Part shown: positions 23,436-36,285 of the stretch, piece after piece
How the letters are laid out: the number at the start of each line of letters is the position of its first letter
Numbering within the stretch: the stretch's first letter is position 1
From: Octopus vulgaris
Lineage: Eukaryota
Length of the DNA: 64,000 bases
Assembly: GCA_951406725.2 (NCBI GenBank)
Contig: OX597815.1
Coordinates: 188,232,001 to 188,296,000 of the forward strand
Reading direction: 5' to 3'
Translations under genes and position numbers: made by a program
Notes under the pieces: model-generated
What the model was told of the DNA's origin: nothing
The model's input: the letters and a program-made list of their open reading frames with translations, nothing else
Database searches by the model: none

Positions 23436-23437
<2 letters not shown>
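23233..23437 (+). mobile_element. ~200-bp hammerhead-bearing element in a TG/TA microsatellite, young
   Basis: Near-identical reverse copy at 33236-33442. Confidence 0.85.
23306..23340 (+). ncRNA. Minimal type I hammerhead motif with intact core
   Basis: GTTT-CTGAAGA-A-GAGC-tcc-GCTC-GAAA-CGTT-AAAC; palindromic ACGT stem III. Confidence 0.72.
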
Positions 23438-23472
<35 letters not shown>

Positions 23473-25108
23473 TATACATATAATAAACATGACTCTACAA
23501 AAAGTATTGAGATGATTTTTCAGGTTAATGTTAAATTGCTTTTATTTATAACTCTTCGTAAAAACAATGTGTATATACTTGTGTGTGTACATTATATATA
23601 TATGTATATAGCATATATCATATATAGATATATGTATACTATATATTATACACCCATCCCACACATTTATAGCATGTATGTGTGTGAGTTCTTCAGGTAA
23701 AGTATTTTGCAATAAAAGTCAAGATAATAATCTGATAACTCCCTGAACAGTCTCAAAGTGTATCCTCTGAAGACAGAAAATATGTTGTAATTATCTACCG
23801 TCTTAAAAGGAAATCTGTGAATGGTTTGTTATTTAGAAAGCTTTTCCATTGTTAACATTTGCCAACAATGTAACAAATTCACTTACAAGAAATGTTTATA
23901 TTTACATCTACCAGAAAGAGAAACATTCAATAATAATGAGTATTTATAACTGAGATGAAAGATTGTTTTCATTTTATTTTCCCATTTGTAGTCTGTCTCA
24001 CATATCCTTGGATTTTTGTCTTTATAGATGTACATTTTACTTTGTTTAAAAACATAACACATATATTTGCTATTCTGTCCTCGCTTAACCAACAATGAAT
24101 TTAATTTCGATATCTAGGTTTTTTGTTTTAGTTTTTGGTATCATAATAAAGCTTCAAATCTTGAATTAAAATTTTTGTTCATGCTGAATTGTTTAAAACA
24201 TTTCCATTTAATTATTTTTAATGATTTGATTTCATTTTCAGTAATTAATCTAACCATATAGCACTAATAATTCCATAGTAACTATTTATTAAACCTACTT
24301 CAAACCTTCATTCAAAAAGTGTGAGCTTTTAATGAAAAATATCGCAAATTTTCTATTTAAAAATGCATTAAATTTTATTTTATTTGGTAATTTCAATACA
24401 TTTTTCTAATGCTGAAAATCTAGAACTAATTAAAGATTTCTAGCTATTAAAATCTAGTATTCTATTTAATTTTTTTGCAAAAAAATCTCATTAAAAATTT
24501 GAATCACATGCACTTTTTCAAATGTAACAGTATCTACACTGTATAGAATTTGTTTAAGCATTAATTTAGAAGCAAACTAAATGCATTGAAAATAAAAAAA
24601 GATTTTATGAAACAGTTTTCAATAAGCAAAATGTATCCAAGAAATTGAAATGCATTTCTATCTAAGAATGTGTGTCATAATGTAGCAATCACTCTCTGTT
24701 TTCTGTATACACATACACACACACATTCACACACATACATGCAAATATGCAAACATACATACACATACATGTATGTACGTATGTATAGACACACAAACAC
24801 TTAATATCTACGTGTTTACAACCATATACATGTGCATACTTGTACATGCAATACAGAAATACGTACCAGAACCAGTATATATTTACAGATCATTCAATTA
24901 ATCATATTGTCTGATTGGCTGACTCACATCAAGATATCTACCAAATAAATAAGGTCATATTCTCAAAAAAAAAAAGGAAAAAAAAGAAAAAAGAAAAACC
25001 CACAAAACAAAACAAAAACCTACAAAACAAAATAGAGTAAAAGAATAATAAAAAATAAAAAACAGACATTGAATATCACATTTCCTCATATTGTAACTTC
25101 CATTATTC

Positions 25109-25148
<40 letters not shown>

Positions 25149-25425
25149 TTCAGCATAAGGCTCACTTTTATCTCAACTTTTCTGCTGCTGCTGCTGCTGC
25201 TAGTGTTGTTGTTGTTGTTGGTGGTGGTGATGGTGATGGTGATGGTGGTGGAAGTGGTACTATTACTACTACTGCTGTTACAGTTGGTGGTTTGAATTTT
25301 GAAGAGGAACTGATAAAATTCTCCCTCTGCCATATTGTTGCTATTCATAATCAGTGTTCCTAAGTTTCTTCTGTGTCTGTGCATGTTTGTGTATGTGTGT
25401 GTGTATATATGTATGTGTGTGTGTG

Positions 25426-25470
<45 letters not shown>

Positions 25471-25490
25471 CAGACAAATAATAACATATA

Positions 25491-25648
25491 AGGTGCATGA
25501 GTGGCTGTGTGAGCTTGCTTTCTAACCACATAGTTCTGGGTTCAGTCCCTCTGCATGGCACCTTGGACAAGTGTCTTCTACTATAGCCTCGGGCTGACCA
25601 AAACCTTGTGAGTGGATTTGGTAGACGGAAACTGAAAGAAGCCCATTG

Positions 25649-25708
<60 letters not shown>

Positions 25709-25925
25709 GGGGGGGGTGTATGTGTGTGTCTGTGTTTATCCCCTACAACATTGCTTGACAACCAATGTTGGTGCATTTGTGTCCTTGTAATGTTGCAGTT
25801 CGGTAAAACAGACCGATAGAATAACCACTAGGCTTACAAAGAATAAGTCCCGGAGTTGATTTGTTCAACTAAAGGTGGTGCTCTAGCATGGCTGCAGTCA
25901 AATTGACTGAAACAAATGAAAGAAT
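25491..25925 (+). mobile_element. SINE family A, full length
   Basis: Head, microsatellite and tail. Confidence 0.85.
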
Positions 25926-26289
25926 ACACGCACATGTGCATATATATATATGGGGTCGGATATATGTATTTGCATTGGGACCCCTTTGCATCGAAGACTG
26001 GTGATTGTTGTGCGCTGACAATGGGTAAATACCCAGAAACCCAGGTCCATGCGTATCACGTCAGGTCGACAATGGGAAGGATGGCTTCCCTTTGCAAATA
26101 CCGATGGGGCACAGAAAGTGTGTCTAAAGCCAGCTGGAGAAGATGTTCCCCTGGGGCTGCAAGCTACAGTAGCATCCCCCCTTAGTGGTTAGCCACATTT
26201 AAGTGGAAAATATACTTCACATTGCCGTACAGTTACTGTTTATACCTCGTTCAGAGATTTATTATATATATATATGTACATATATATGA

Positions 26290-26792
26290 TGGGCTTCTTT
26301 CAGTTTCCGTCTACCAAATCCACTCACAAGGCTTTGGTCAGTCTGAGGCTATAGTAGAAGACACTTGCCCAAAGTGCCACACAGTGAGACTGAACCCGGA
26401 ACCATGTGGTTAGGAAGCAAGCTACTTACCATACAACCACTCCTATGCCTATTGTTTATAACACCTATATAACTTGGTAACAAAATATGCTTTCTTGAAT
26501 ACATTCTAAGAAAATTGAAACATGTCTATTACTGTCATCAGTCAGCTTCAAAGACCAGATCCATTCCAATCTGTATCTACTCTTTTTTTACTTGTTTCAG
26601 TCATTTGTCTGTGGCCATGATGGAGCACCGCCTTTAGTCGAGCAAATCGACCCCAGGACTTATTCTTTGTAAGCCTAGTATTTATTCTATTGGTCTCTTT
26701 TGCTGAACTGCTAAGTTACGGGGACGTAAACACACCAGCATCGGTTATCAAGTGATGTTGGGAGGACAAACGCACACACACAAACACACACA

Positions 26793-26845
<53 letters not shown>

Positions 26846-27018
26846 TATAATATACAACGGGCTTCTTTCAGTTTCCGTCTACCAAATCCACTCACAAGGC
26901 TTTGTTCAGCCTGAAACTATAGTAGAAGACACTTGTCCAAGGTGCCACACAGTGGGACTGATCATGGAACCATGTGGTTCATAAGCAAGCTACTTACCAC
27001 ACAGCCACTCCTACGCCT
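26290..27018 (-). mobile_element. Two family-A SINEs (head fragment 26290-26450; full copy 26578-27018)
   Basis: Sequence match to family A. Confidence 0.85.
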
Positions 27019-27699
27019 ATTACTTATAATATCCCACTTTTATCAGCTGATTTTATTGAAGTCATCTCCCCTGTTTCTTTTCATATTTTTCTGTGAATTT
27101 TTTGTCCCTTGTTTCCTTGGGTAAATTCAGTTTAGTAAAGTTTTCCAGGTCACTCTATTACATGGTTGAGATGTTACCATATTAGCATTTAGTATGCGGA
27201 ATGCTTCCCTGAAGTATTTCCTTCAAACCATATTATTTACAGAATTTATGTTTAATAGATAACAGGCTTATTATCAATCATTATTCATAGGAAACAGCTC
27301 ACACGAGAAATACATACTTATGATCAGCTGATTCAAGTTAGAACAGCTATAGAACTGAAGAAGAAAAATCAAAGGTGCCTAAGCATGGAAATTTAGACTT
27401 GTATCTTATTTGGAAGAAAAGATAAGCCCTATTGATTTTTAAGATAAATATTCAAATGAAAATGACTTTGAACAACATCTTTCAATCAGATGCCATAAGA
27501 TACCATTTCTGTTTCTTGTCTACAGTCATGATATCGGCAGCATAGAAACATTGACGAAAAGAATATAAATAACTAAAATATCTTAAAAGGGGAAACTAAT
27601 TGTGAGATCGTTTAAATACACGGCTCTTAATTAATGATGATTTCATTTGAGGTGCTAGTCTGGGTGTCAGTGGCTGTGATTTATTTTATAGCTAGAATC

Positions 27700-27857
27700 G
27701 TCATCACCACCGCCGCCACCACCACCACCACCACCACAACCACCATCATCATCATCATCATCATCACAATCATCGTCGTCGTCATCATCATCATCATCAT
27801 CACAATCATCGTCGTCGTCATCATCATCATCATCATCATCATCACAATCATCATCAC

Positions 27858-27891
<34 letters not shown>

Positions 27892-28081
27892 GTCATCATC
27901 CTCCTCCTCATCATCATCGCAATCATCGTCGTCGTCGTCGTCGTCGTCATCATCATCATCATCATCATCACAATCATCGTCGTCGTCGTCATCATCATCA
28001 TCATCATCATCATCATCACAATCATCGTCATCATCCTCCTCCTCATCATCATCGCAATCATCGTCGTCGTCGTCGTCGTCG

Positions 28082-28146
<65 letters not shown>

Positions 28147-28200
28147 GTCATCGTCATCATCATCATCATCACAATCATCGCCGTCGTCATCATCATCATT

Positions 28201-28257
<57 letters not shown>

Positions 28258-28432
28258 GTCATCGTCATCATCATCACAATCATCGCCGTCGTCATCATCA
28301 TCATTATCATCATCATTGTCATCATCATCATCACCAACCACTATTGTCATTGCTGCTGTTGCTACCACTCTTTTGCTGATAACAACAGTTACCGCTACTG
28401 TCACCACCACCACCACCACCACCACCACCACC

Positions 28433-28467
<35 letters not shown>

Positions 28468-28610
28468 TACCATCACCATTCACTGCTGTTGCTAGCATCA
28501 CTGCTACAGCAGCCACCACTATCACCTTTGCTGTTGCCACCACCACCACCACCACCACCACCACCACCACCACCACCACCACTACCACCACCACCATCAC
28601 CACCACAATT
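27700..28610. repeat. Compound (ATC/GTC/ACC)n trinucleotide tract with higher-order blocks
   Basis: Direct reading. Confidence 0.97.
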
Positions 28611-29169
28611 AGTAGCGGCAGTGTTTTAAGTTGTTTTAACCATGCTAGCATAGACTGAATGAATCTTTTGGCTTTTATGCATCAGTCAGACGAAGTCAGT
28701 CTGTATCGATGAACTTTGGAATACTCTCAGACAATTCATATCGATGCATCTGCAAGTCACTGAGTCCAAAAAAAAAAAGAATTGAGGCAGTAAACAAACT
28801 AAGAATCTGCTGAAGGACTCAGAGTACAAGATGGCAATGTTAATGTGTTTGGTATACTCAGCCAACCATCCACAACAAATTGATTTCAAAGTTTGGCACA
28901 AGGCCAGCAATTTCAGGGAAGCAGGTAAATCAGTTACATCAGTCCCAGTGTGCTTCTTTTATTGACCCCAAAATATTGAAAGGCAAAATCAACTTTGGCA
29001 GGATTTGAACTCAAAGCACGAAAACAGACGAAATGCTGCTAGCTATTTTGCCCATTGTACCAAGGATTCTGCCAGCTTGCTGCCTTATACAACCCTCAAG
29101 ATATTGTCTTTTATCTTAGTTTTCATCATTTCATCTGTGAAGATCGACCTTTTAATATTTAACCTCACT

Positions 29170-29870
29170 AAGGTGACGAGCTTGCAGAATTGTTAGCATG
29201 CTGGGTGAAATGCTTAGTGGTATTTCGTCTGCCACTACGTTCTGAGTTCAAATTCCGCCGAGGTCGACTTTGCCTTTCATTCTTTCAGGGTCGATAGATT
29301 AAGTACCGGTTGCGTACTGGGGCCGATCTAATTGACTGTCTCCCTCCCCAAAAATTTTGGGCCTTGTGCCTAGAATAGAAAAGAATATTAAATTGGAGGA
29401 AGGCAACTAGCTGGCAGAAACGTTAGCGTGCCGGGCGAAATACTTAGCAGTATTTCGTCTGCCACTACGTTCTGAGTTCAAATTCCGCCGAGGTCAACTT
29501 TGCCTTTCATTCCTTCAGGGTCGATAAATTAAGTATTGGTTGCGGACTGGGACCGATCTAATTGACTAGCCCTCTCTCCCAAAATTTTGGGCCTTGTGCC
29601 TAGAGTAGAAAAGAATAATTAACCTCACTAAGGAGATGAGCTTGCAGAATCATTAAGCACGTTGGACAAAATGCAGTACTTCATCCGTCTTTATGTTCTG
29701 AGTTTATGTTCTTTATGTTCTGAGTTTAAATTCTGCTGAGATTGATCTTGCCTTTCGTCCTTCTGGGGTTGATAACATAAGCACAAGTTTAGCATTAGGG
29801 TCAATGTAACTGACTTACCCGCTCCCCCAAAATAGCTGGCTGTGTACCAAAATTTGAAATCAATATTTGA
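29170..29870 (+). mobile_element. Three tandem family-B SINEs
   Basis: Heads at ~29170, ~29400 and ~29630. Confidence 0.8.
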
Positions 29871-29879
29871 CATGTTTGC

Positions 29880-30375
29880 TTCTTATGTGACATGTATCCT
29901 CCATTCACAGCACACAACACCTTTTCACCAAGCACTCATCAGTCATTCACATAATATGTCTTACTAGCATTGTAATCTCATATCGGTAATTCTCATCTGT
30001 CCTTTCTTTGCTTCAGCTCACTGTCTTGTAAGAAAGCATTAAACATGTAATGGAATATGCCAGCCTCTTTTTTACTCCAGAAACCACAGATGTTTCACAT
30101 TCAATGTCTCACTTCTAGACAGAATCACATTGCTTCCACATAATTCATACACAGAGAAATCTTTTGTTATACTTTTTTTCTTTTATTCTTTTATTTGTTT
30201 CAGTCATTTAGTTGAGCAAATCGACCCCGGGACTTATTCTTTGTAAGCCTAGTATTTATTCTATCGGTCTCTTTTGCCGAACCGCTAAGTTACGGGGACG
30301 TAAACATACCAGCATCGGTTGTCAAGCGATGTTGGGGGGACAAACACAGACACACAAACATATACTCACACATAC

Positions 30376-30406
<31 letters not shown>

Positions 30407-31075
30407 ACGGGCTTCTTTTAGTTTCTATCTACCAAATCTACTCACAAGGCTTTGGTCAGCCTGAGGCTATAACAGAAGACACTTGCCCAAGGTGCCACGC
30501 AGTGGGACTGAACCCGGAACCATGTGGTTTGTAAGCAAGCTACTTACCACACAGCCACTCCTATGCCTTGCCAATGAATGCAAATAATTCTCTAACCTTT
30601 TTCCTCTCTATCCTTATTTTTAGTTACCATGCATTTTCTATAATGACCCTCACTTCACTTAGGTAGCAGAAATCATTATCACATCTAGTGAACCATCAGA
30701 ACAGTTTATTAATTTGTCATCAGGGGAAATTGCCCTGCTAATTACTTTTTCACATATTTACTGCATTTAAAGACATCGTTCTCTTGCACCCTGTCTGAGA
30801 TTCTATTGCTCACTCATTTTATGCAGAATTAAATTTCTGAACAACGCCCTGCCATTTTCCATATGGTATTTGGAGTTTGAACTTGCTTTTATAGACTAAT
30901 CTTCCATATGTAGAACATCTCTGCAACTCTTCAACAGATTCTGCTACATGATCAAGTTCTCAACATATAAGAGTAATTTTCCTAAGATGCCATGACATAG
31001 AACTGGACTTAATACTCCATGATCGCCTGATACCTTTTACCTTTGCAATTCTGGTCATCATTCTCAATACTATCC
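29880..31075 (-). pseudogene. Heavily decayed RTE-clade ORF2 remnant, interrupted by a family-A SINE (30170-30568)
   Basis: Minus-strand fragments resembling GVLSPVL, LLYVENL/VAESVEEL (YADD region), FCYLSE and SET..; many stops and frameshifts. Confidence 0.5.
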
Positions 31076-31100
31076 ATATCTTCATCATCATCATCATATA

Positions 31101-31711
31101 TTATATTTGTGTATAAATTTTTATTGTATGCCTGGTTTTTATGTGCTAAGCTACTTGGTGTTAAATTGATGGTATTATTAAATTAATATCCAATTTTTTC
31201 ACCCTTATTTTTGATCTTAATTATACTGCAGTAAATTTTTTATGCAGTATTTGTTTCCAGAAGTCTTAGTGCGCTTTAACGAGGGAATTTGAATCATAAC
31301 TGCGAGTATAATCGACTAAACCACACGTGTGTTTGACGTTATGTTAAAATTTGGCGTGCGGTTTAGTAAATTGTATTCAAGACAAATTCTACTGATGAAC
31401 TATGGATATGTTATGTAAGTAAAATTGCATAATACATTAATAGCGAAACAATTGTCTAGAATTAATCTACATTTTTGTTATTTTTCATTTGCCCTGCTCG
31501 TTTACGTTAAATGTTGTGCTGATTCTCCTTGGAAACAATTTTTGGTGGTTGATACCATAGCGGATCTATTTTTAGCGCAAGAGTCGACCACATAGTGGTC
31601 ACTCTCTTATATTTGTGTATAAATTTTTATTGTATCCCTGGTTTTTATGCGCTAAGCCACTTGGTGTTAAATTGATGGTATTATTAAATTAAGATCCAAT
31701 TTTTTCACCCT

Positions 31712-31717
<6 letters not shown>
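31101..31717 (+). mobile_element. Retrozyme/Penelope-LTR-like element: 506-nt unit plus 111-bp terminal redundancy, with hammerhead
   Basis: Direct repeats 31101-31211 and 31607-31717; several hairpins; ends in (TA)n. Confidence 0.75.
31385..31463 (+). ncRNA. Type I hammerhead ribozyme motif; predicted cleavage after C31456 (GUC)
   Basis: AATTCTA-CTGATGA-ACTAT...ATAGC-GAAA-CAATTG-TC-TAGAATT; 7-bp stem I, long stem II, palindromic ACAATTGT stem III. Confidence 0.8.
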
Positions 31718-31784
<67 letters not shown>

Positions 31785-33235
31785 AGTAGTATTATTGGTT
31801 ACATTTTTTTTTTTTAATTAAAGAGAGCTTGATACTCTAATCAAAAGAAATCATTATTAACTAAATAATTACACCTTCTTCCAAGGTGTAATTGAAATAC
31901 AATTTTTGTTTGTGTAGAAATTTAATAAATATTTTGTTAATTTTTATATCCGCCCTAACGTGGATGCCTTGTTATAACACTAAACACTGCATTATAAACC
32001 TTGAGAGATCCTCTTTTATAGGTACTTGGTCATTGTTCTTGTCTGCTATGATCTATGTGTGTACTTTTGTGCACCAAGTACTTAAAAAGGAGGATTTTTC
32101 AAGGCTAATAATGCCTTATTTGTTATTCTAACAAGATATTCATGTTAAGTTGGATATAAAGATTAGCTTTTTGTAATCTTCTATTGCTAATAATTAAATA
32201 TTTTGTTGTTGGTTTGGAGAGATTTTGCTCAGTTCAGTAAAAAAAAAAAGCCCCCCAAAAACTCATAACACAAAGAGAACTCAAGTTCATTTACCTGATT
32301 AACAAATATTTAATTGATCAACAAGCTCATAGAAAATAACTAATTGAATAAACATGAAACTTCTGGATCATGCAACTGTATGATGTGGGATTTGATCCTC
32401 CTCCACAGCATCTTGGATAAGTATTGTCTAGCATTGTCATGGGTAGATCAAAGCTGTATGAGTCCATCGGCATCTTTGTTCTTTTAGTGAGAACCTTAAT
32501 CCACCCTTTACTTTAATACCACTACCTGGCCCTTGGGTATCTTTAGCAGAAATTATTCAGGTTTGGGTTTGGCCTGAGAATAACTCCATCCTTGCTTTCT
32601 TGCCATTGATCATGGAGGATCTGAAAAATGTTAAAAAAAATTATACAAAAACCAAAAAGCAAGGAAAATATCATTATTCAAATAGCAAATGTTAAACCAC
32701 TCAATTATCCTCCCAAACATAGAAATTTGCTTTTGTATCAACACTGTAAGACTTATAGAAATACAGTTGTATTATGTACATATTTTGACTGTATCTAAAT
32801 TAATTTATAGAGAAAATTTTGGGAAAAAATGTAAATTTATTTTATTTTATGTATAACCATGTAATCTTTTAAAAGGTAAAGAACTTTTAGACTTTCAGTG
32901 AAATTCTTTTATGTTGCATTTTACTTGATTAAAATTAGCATTTCGTAACCATTGAAGCCCAAGGATATTCACAGTGCATTGACATAATTCTAATTTGCTT
33001 ATTTTTGAAAAAACATCTGTTGAAGTTTTACTGTTAATTACAGTAATGTTTGCAGTTCCAGTTGATTTTTTTACTTCTTTTTTTGTTTTCTTTTGTTCTC
33101 TTTTTTTGTCCATTCTTCTCTTGAGATACAGCTGAGAAATTTGTACTGAAAGATTTCTTAACAGAAATAGATAGTGTTACGGTTATAGAAAACACATTTA
33201 TATGAAGCAATATATATATATATATATATATGTAA

Positions 33236-33442
33236 AGTTAATCCAAACAAGAAAGCACAAAAAAACACAACAACGCGAGGATGTGGAACAAATATAGTAT
33301 TATTGGACGGTCAGGAAAGAAGGAAAGAAGGAGGGTTTAACGTTTCGAGCAGAGCTCTTCGTCAGAAACATAGGAGAAGGAAAGATCCAGAGAAGGGAAG
33401 ACAGAGGAAAAAAAATCGCCAACGGTACACACGGGGTCACAC
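33236..33442 (-). mobile_element. ~200-bp hammerhead-bearing element (ribozyme motif 33335-33369)
   Basis: Minus strand: GTTT-CTGACGA-A-GAGC-tct-GCTC-GAAA-CGTT-AAAC; flanked by (TA)n. Confidence 0.85.
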
Positions 33443-34043
33443 ATATATATATATATATCATATAAATATATATACATATGTATACATATAAATATGTATG
33501 CATACATGGTGTCCCAGAGGTCACTGATAGGTTTCAATTTTTAATAACTTCCTTAACGACGATAATGAAGTGTAGCAATATTAACAACTTCAATCAATTC
33601 TATTTGAGTAGAAATATAATAAAAGTGATAGACAATCAAACAAAAGAGTTTGATTGATATTTCTAGCTGCTGTTATTTCCATGTTTGTTAGAATTGTTCT
33701 CTTAGGATTTAGAACTTGCAGCATAACGACCCTCATTTAAAAATATATAAAAACAAAACATTGTAGAGTCTAGTTGTCTTGCCCTTGGGTAACCTTGATT
33801 AATTAGACCTTTAATCAAAATCATTCTACCCATAACTGCCTAATCTGTTTACACATCCAAAATTCTATGGTCCAATGTGTCCTTCTTGTTTTAAGGCGGT
33901 GAGATGTGATTTGATGCAGATTTGCTATTTCTAGCAGGTCAAATAACATGTATAGTAAAGTAGTGAAAGCTTGTATATGGTTGCTCAGCCCACTAGAAAT
34001 AGCATCCATTTCTTGTTCAAATCACACAACAAAATCCTTTTAA

Positions 34044-34264
34044 CCCTTTCGTTACCAACCCAGCTGAAACTGGTTCTGGCACTTAGTACAAATGTTTTGA
34101 TTTCATAAGTTTTGAATTAAAATCTTCCACCAAACCTTAGTCTCAATTTATGTTCCTAACACTAGCTTAATGATAACTAAGTTATTTTACTAAATTCTTT
34201 GTAATATTTAAAATTAATTGAAAGAAACACAGAGCATCTCAACAGAAATACAGTAACGAAAGGG
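34044..34264. mobile_element. piggyBac-like MITE (~220 bp)
   Basis: TTAA|CCCTTTCGTTAC...GTAACGAAAGGG; five copies in the window. Confidence 0.8.
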
Positions 34265-34498
34265 TAAAATTGAGAGAAATATTGAAGAATGTAGTCCCAT
34301 ATATATGGAGAGACAAGATGGCCACAACTGGAAAGCTTCTCATCATAGGTTGTCTCAGTCTGGGCTAATCTGGAGCAAAGCTACTAATATACCAATAGCA
34401 ACAATCTCTAAAGAGTTATTTGCAGAGAATTTAGCTATTATATCTAGCACATTGACCAGTTACTTTTAAAATGGCTGTGAAGACATGGTTTGCCTAAT

Positions 34499-34731
34499 AA
34501 GGCGGCGAGCTGGCAGAAACGTTAGCACGCCGGGTGAAATGCTTAGCAGTATTTCGTCTGCCATTACATTGTGAGTTCAAATTCTGCCGAGGTCGACTTT
34601 GCCTTTCATCCTTTCGAGGTCGATAAATTAAGTACCAGTTACGCACTGGGGTCGATGTAATCGACTTAATACCTATGTCTGTCCTTGTTTGTCCCCTTTG
34701 TGTTTAGCCCCTTGTGGGTAATAAAGAAATA
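34499..34731 (+). mobile_element. SINE family B, full length
   Basis: TSD GGTTTGCCTAATA (34487-34499 and 34732-34744). Confidence 0.92.
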
Positions 34732-35059
34732 GGTTTGCCTAATATCTATGTATAGAGTGAGAGATCGATATCATATATGCATACACTTACACACACACAC
34801 ATTTCTTACTGGCAGATACTTATGTATATATATATATGTATGTGCGATATCTTTTGTCAAAATATATTTACAAAGGATATGAATATCAGTAAGAAACTAG
34901 AAAACTGATGATCTCTTAGCCTGAGATGTGTAAAAAATGGGGGAACCATAATACAACATACTCATGCTACATGCTGGATTTGTTAGAAATACCAGCCAGT
35001 TTTTCCTCATGTATCAAAATTTATGGATTACTATACACAAAGATATTAACTTTCACGGA

Positions 35060-35319
35060 CTGACTCCTGTGCAGGTGGCACGTGAAAAACACCATTTGAG
35101 CATAGCTGTTGGCAGTACCGCCAGACTGGCCCTCGTGCCCGTGGCACGTAAAAGCATCCACTACACTCTTGGAGTGGTTGGCATTAGGAAGGGCATCCAG
35201 CTGTAGAAACTCTGCCAGATCAAGATTGGAGCCTGGTGCAGCCGTCTGGTTCGCCAGTCCTCAGTCAAATCGTCCAACCCATGCTAGCATGGAAAGCGGA
35301 CGTTAAATGATGATGATGA
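35060..35319 (+). mobile_element. (GAT)n-tailed repeat family copy
   Basis: GGCATTAGGAAGGGCATCCAGCTGTAGAAAC...GGACGTTAAATGATGATG. Confidence 0.85.
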
Positions 35320-35832
35320 GACATACAAGATAAATGTAAATGGCCGTTATGTTTATAAAATCTCACTATGAACAGGAAAAAGTGACCGATTGGAAGTCAA
35401 AATTTCAATTATTCTTATAGTTTCACCAGCAATTGTTATGCTACACTTTACTGCTACCACAAAACTGAATTTATTGTGACTCTTTAGGATATTGCTCCTC
35501 ATTTAAAAATCTATAAAAACAAAACACTTTTGTATATTTGACACATTTTCAACTGTTATTTCTGTTATGTGAATCACTGACATGCCAGCAGTGATTATTT
35601 TTCATACTGAAGTATACTATGGGGTATACCCAAAGTATTTACTCATCCCTGCATTCATAAATTAAATAAGTTTACTAGATGTTTACATTAGATGTAAAAG
35701 ACTGTTATGTTTATACAATCTTGCCATGGACAGTAAAAGAGGAACCAAATAGCTGCTACTATTTCAGCTGTTCCTATAGTTTCATTACTAATTGATTACA
35801 CTCCATTTTAAATACTATGAAACTGTATTTAA

Positions 35833-36285
35833 CTCTTTTGATACCAACCTGGCTGAAACCAAATCTGGCTGTGTAGTACAAATGCCTTGATTTCATAAGT
35901 TTTGAATTAAAATCTTCCACCAAAGTCTCAATTTATGTTCCAAACACTAGCTTAATGATAACTAAGTTATTTTACTAAATTCTTTGTTATATTTGAAATT
36001 AATTGAAAGAAACACAGAACATTTCAAAGGAAATATGGTAGGAAAAGGGTTAACAATTTATTAATTTAACCCTTTTGATACCAACCTGGCTGAAACCGCC
36101 TCTGGCTCTGAGTACAAATGTCTTGTTTTCATAAGTCTTGAATTAAAATCTTCCACCAAAGTCTCAATTTATGTTCCTAACACTAGCTTAATGATAACTA
36201 AGTTATTTTACTAAATTCTTTGTTACATTTAAAATTAATTGAAAGAAACACAGAGCATCTCAAAATAAATATGGTAAGAAAAGGG
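35833..36285. mobile_element. Two adjacent piggyBac-like MITEs (35833-36049 and 36070-36285)
   Basis: Each bounded by TTAA and C(C/T)CTTT...AAAGGG. Confidence 0.85.

Noticed and set aside
27634-28651. Poly-I/D/M/H/P ORFs up to 331 aa
   Set aside because: Trinucleotide tract open in many frames; no domain
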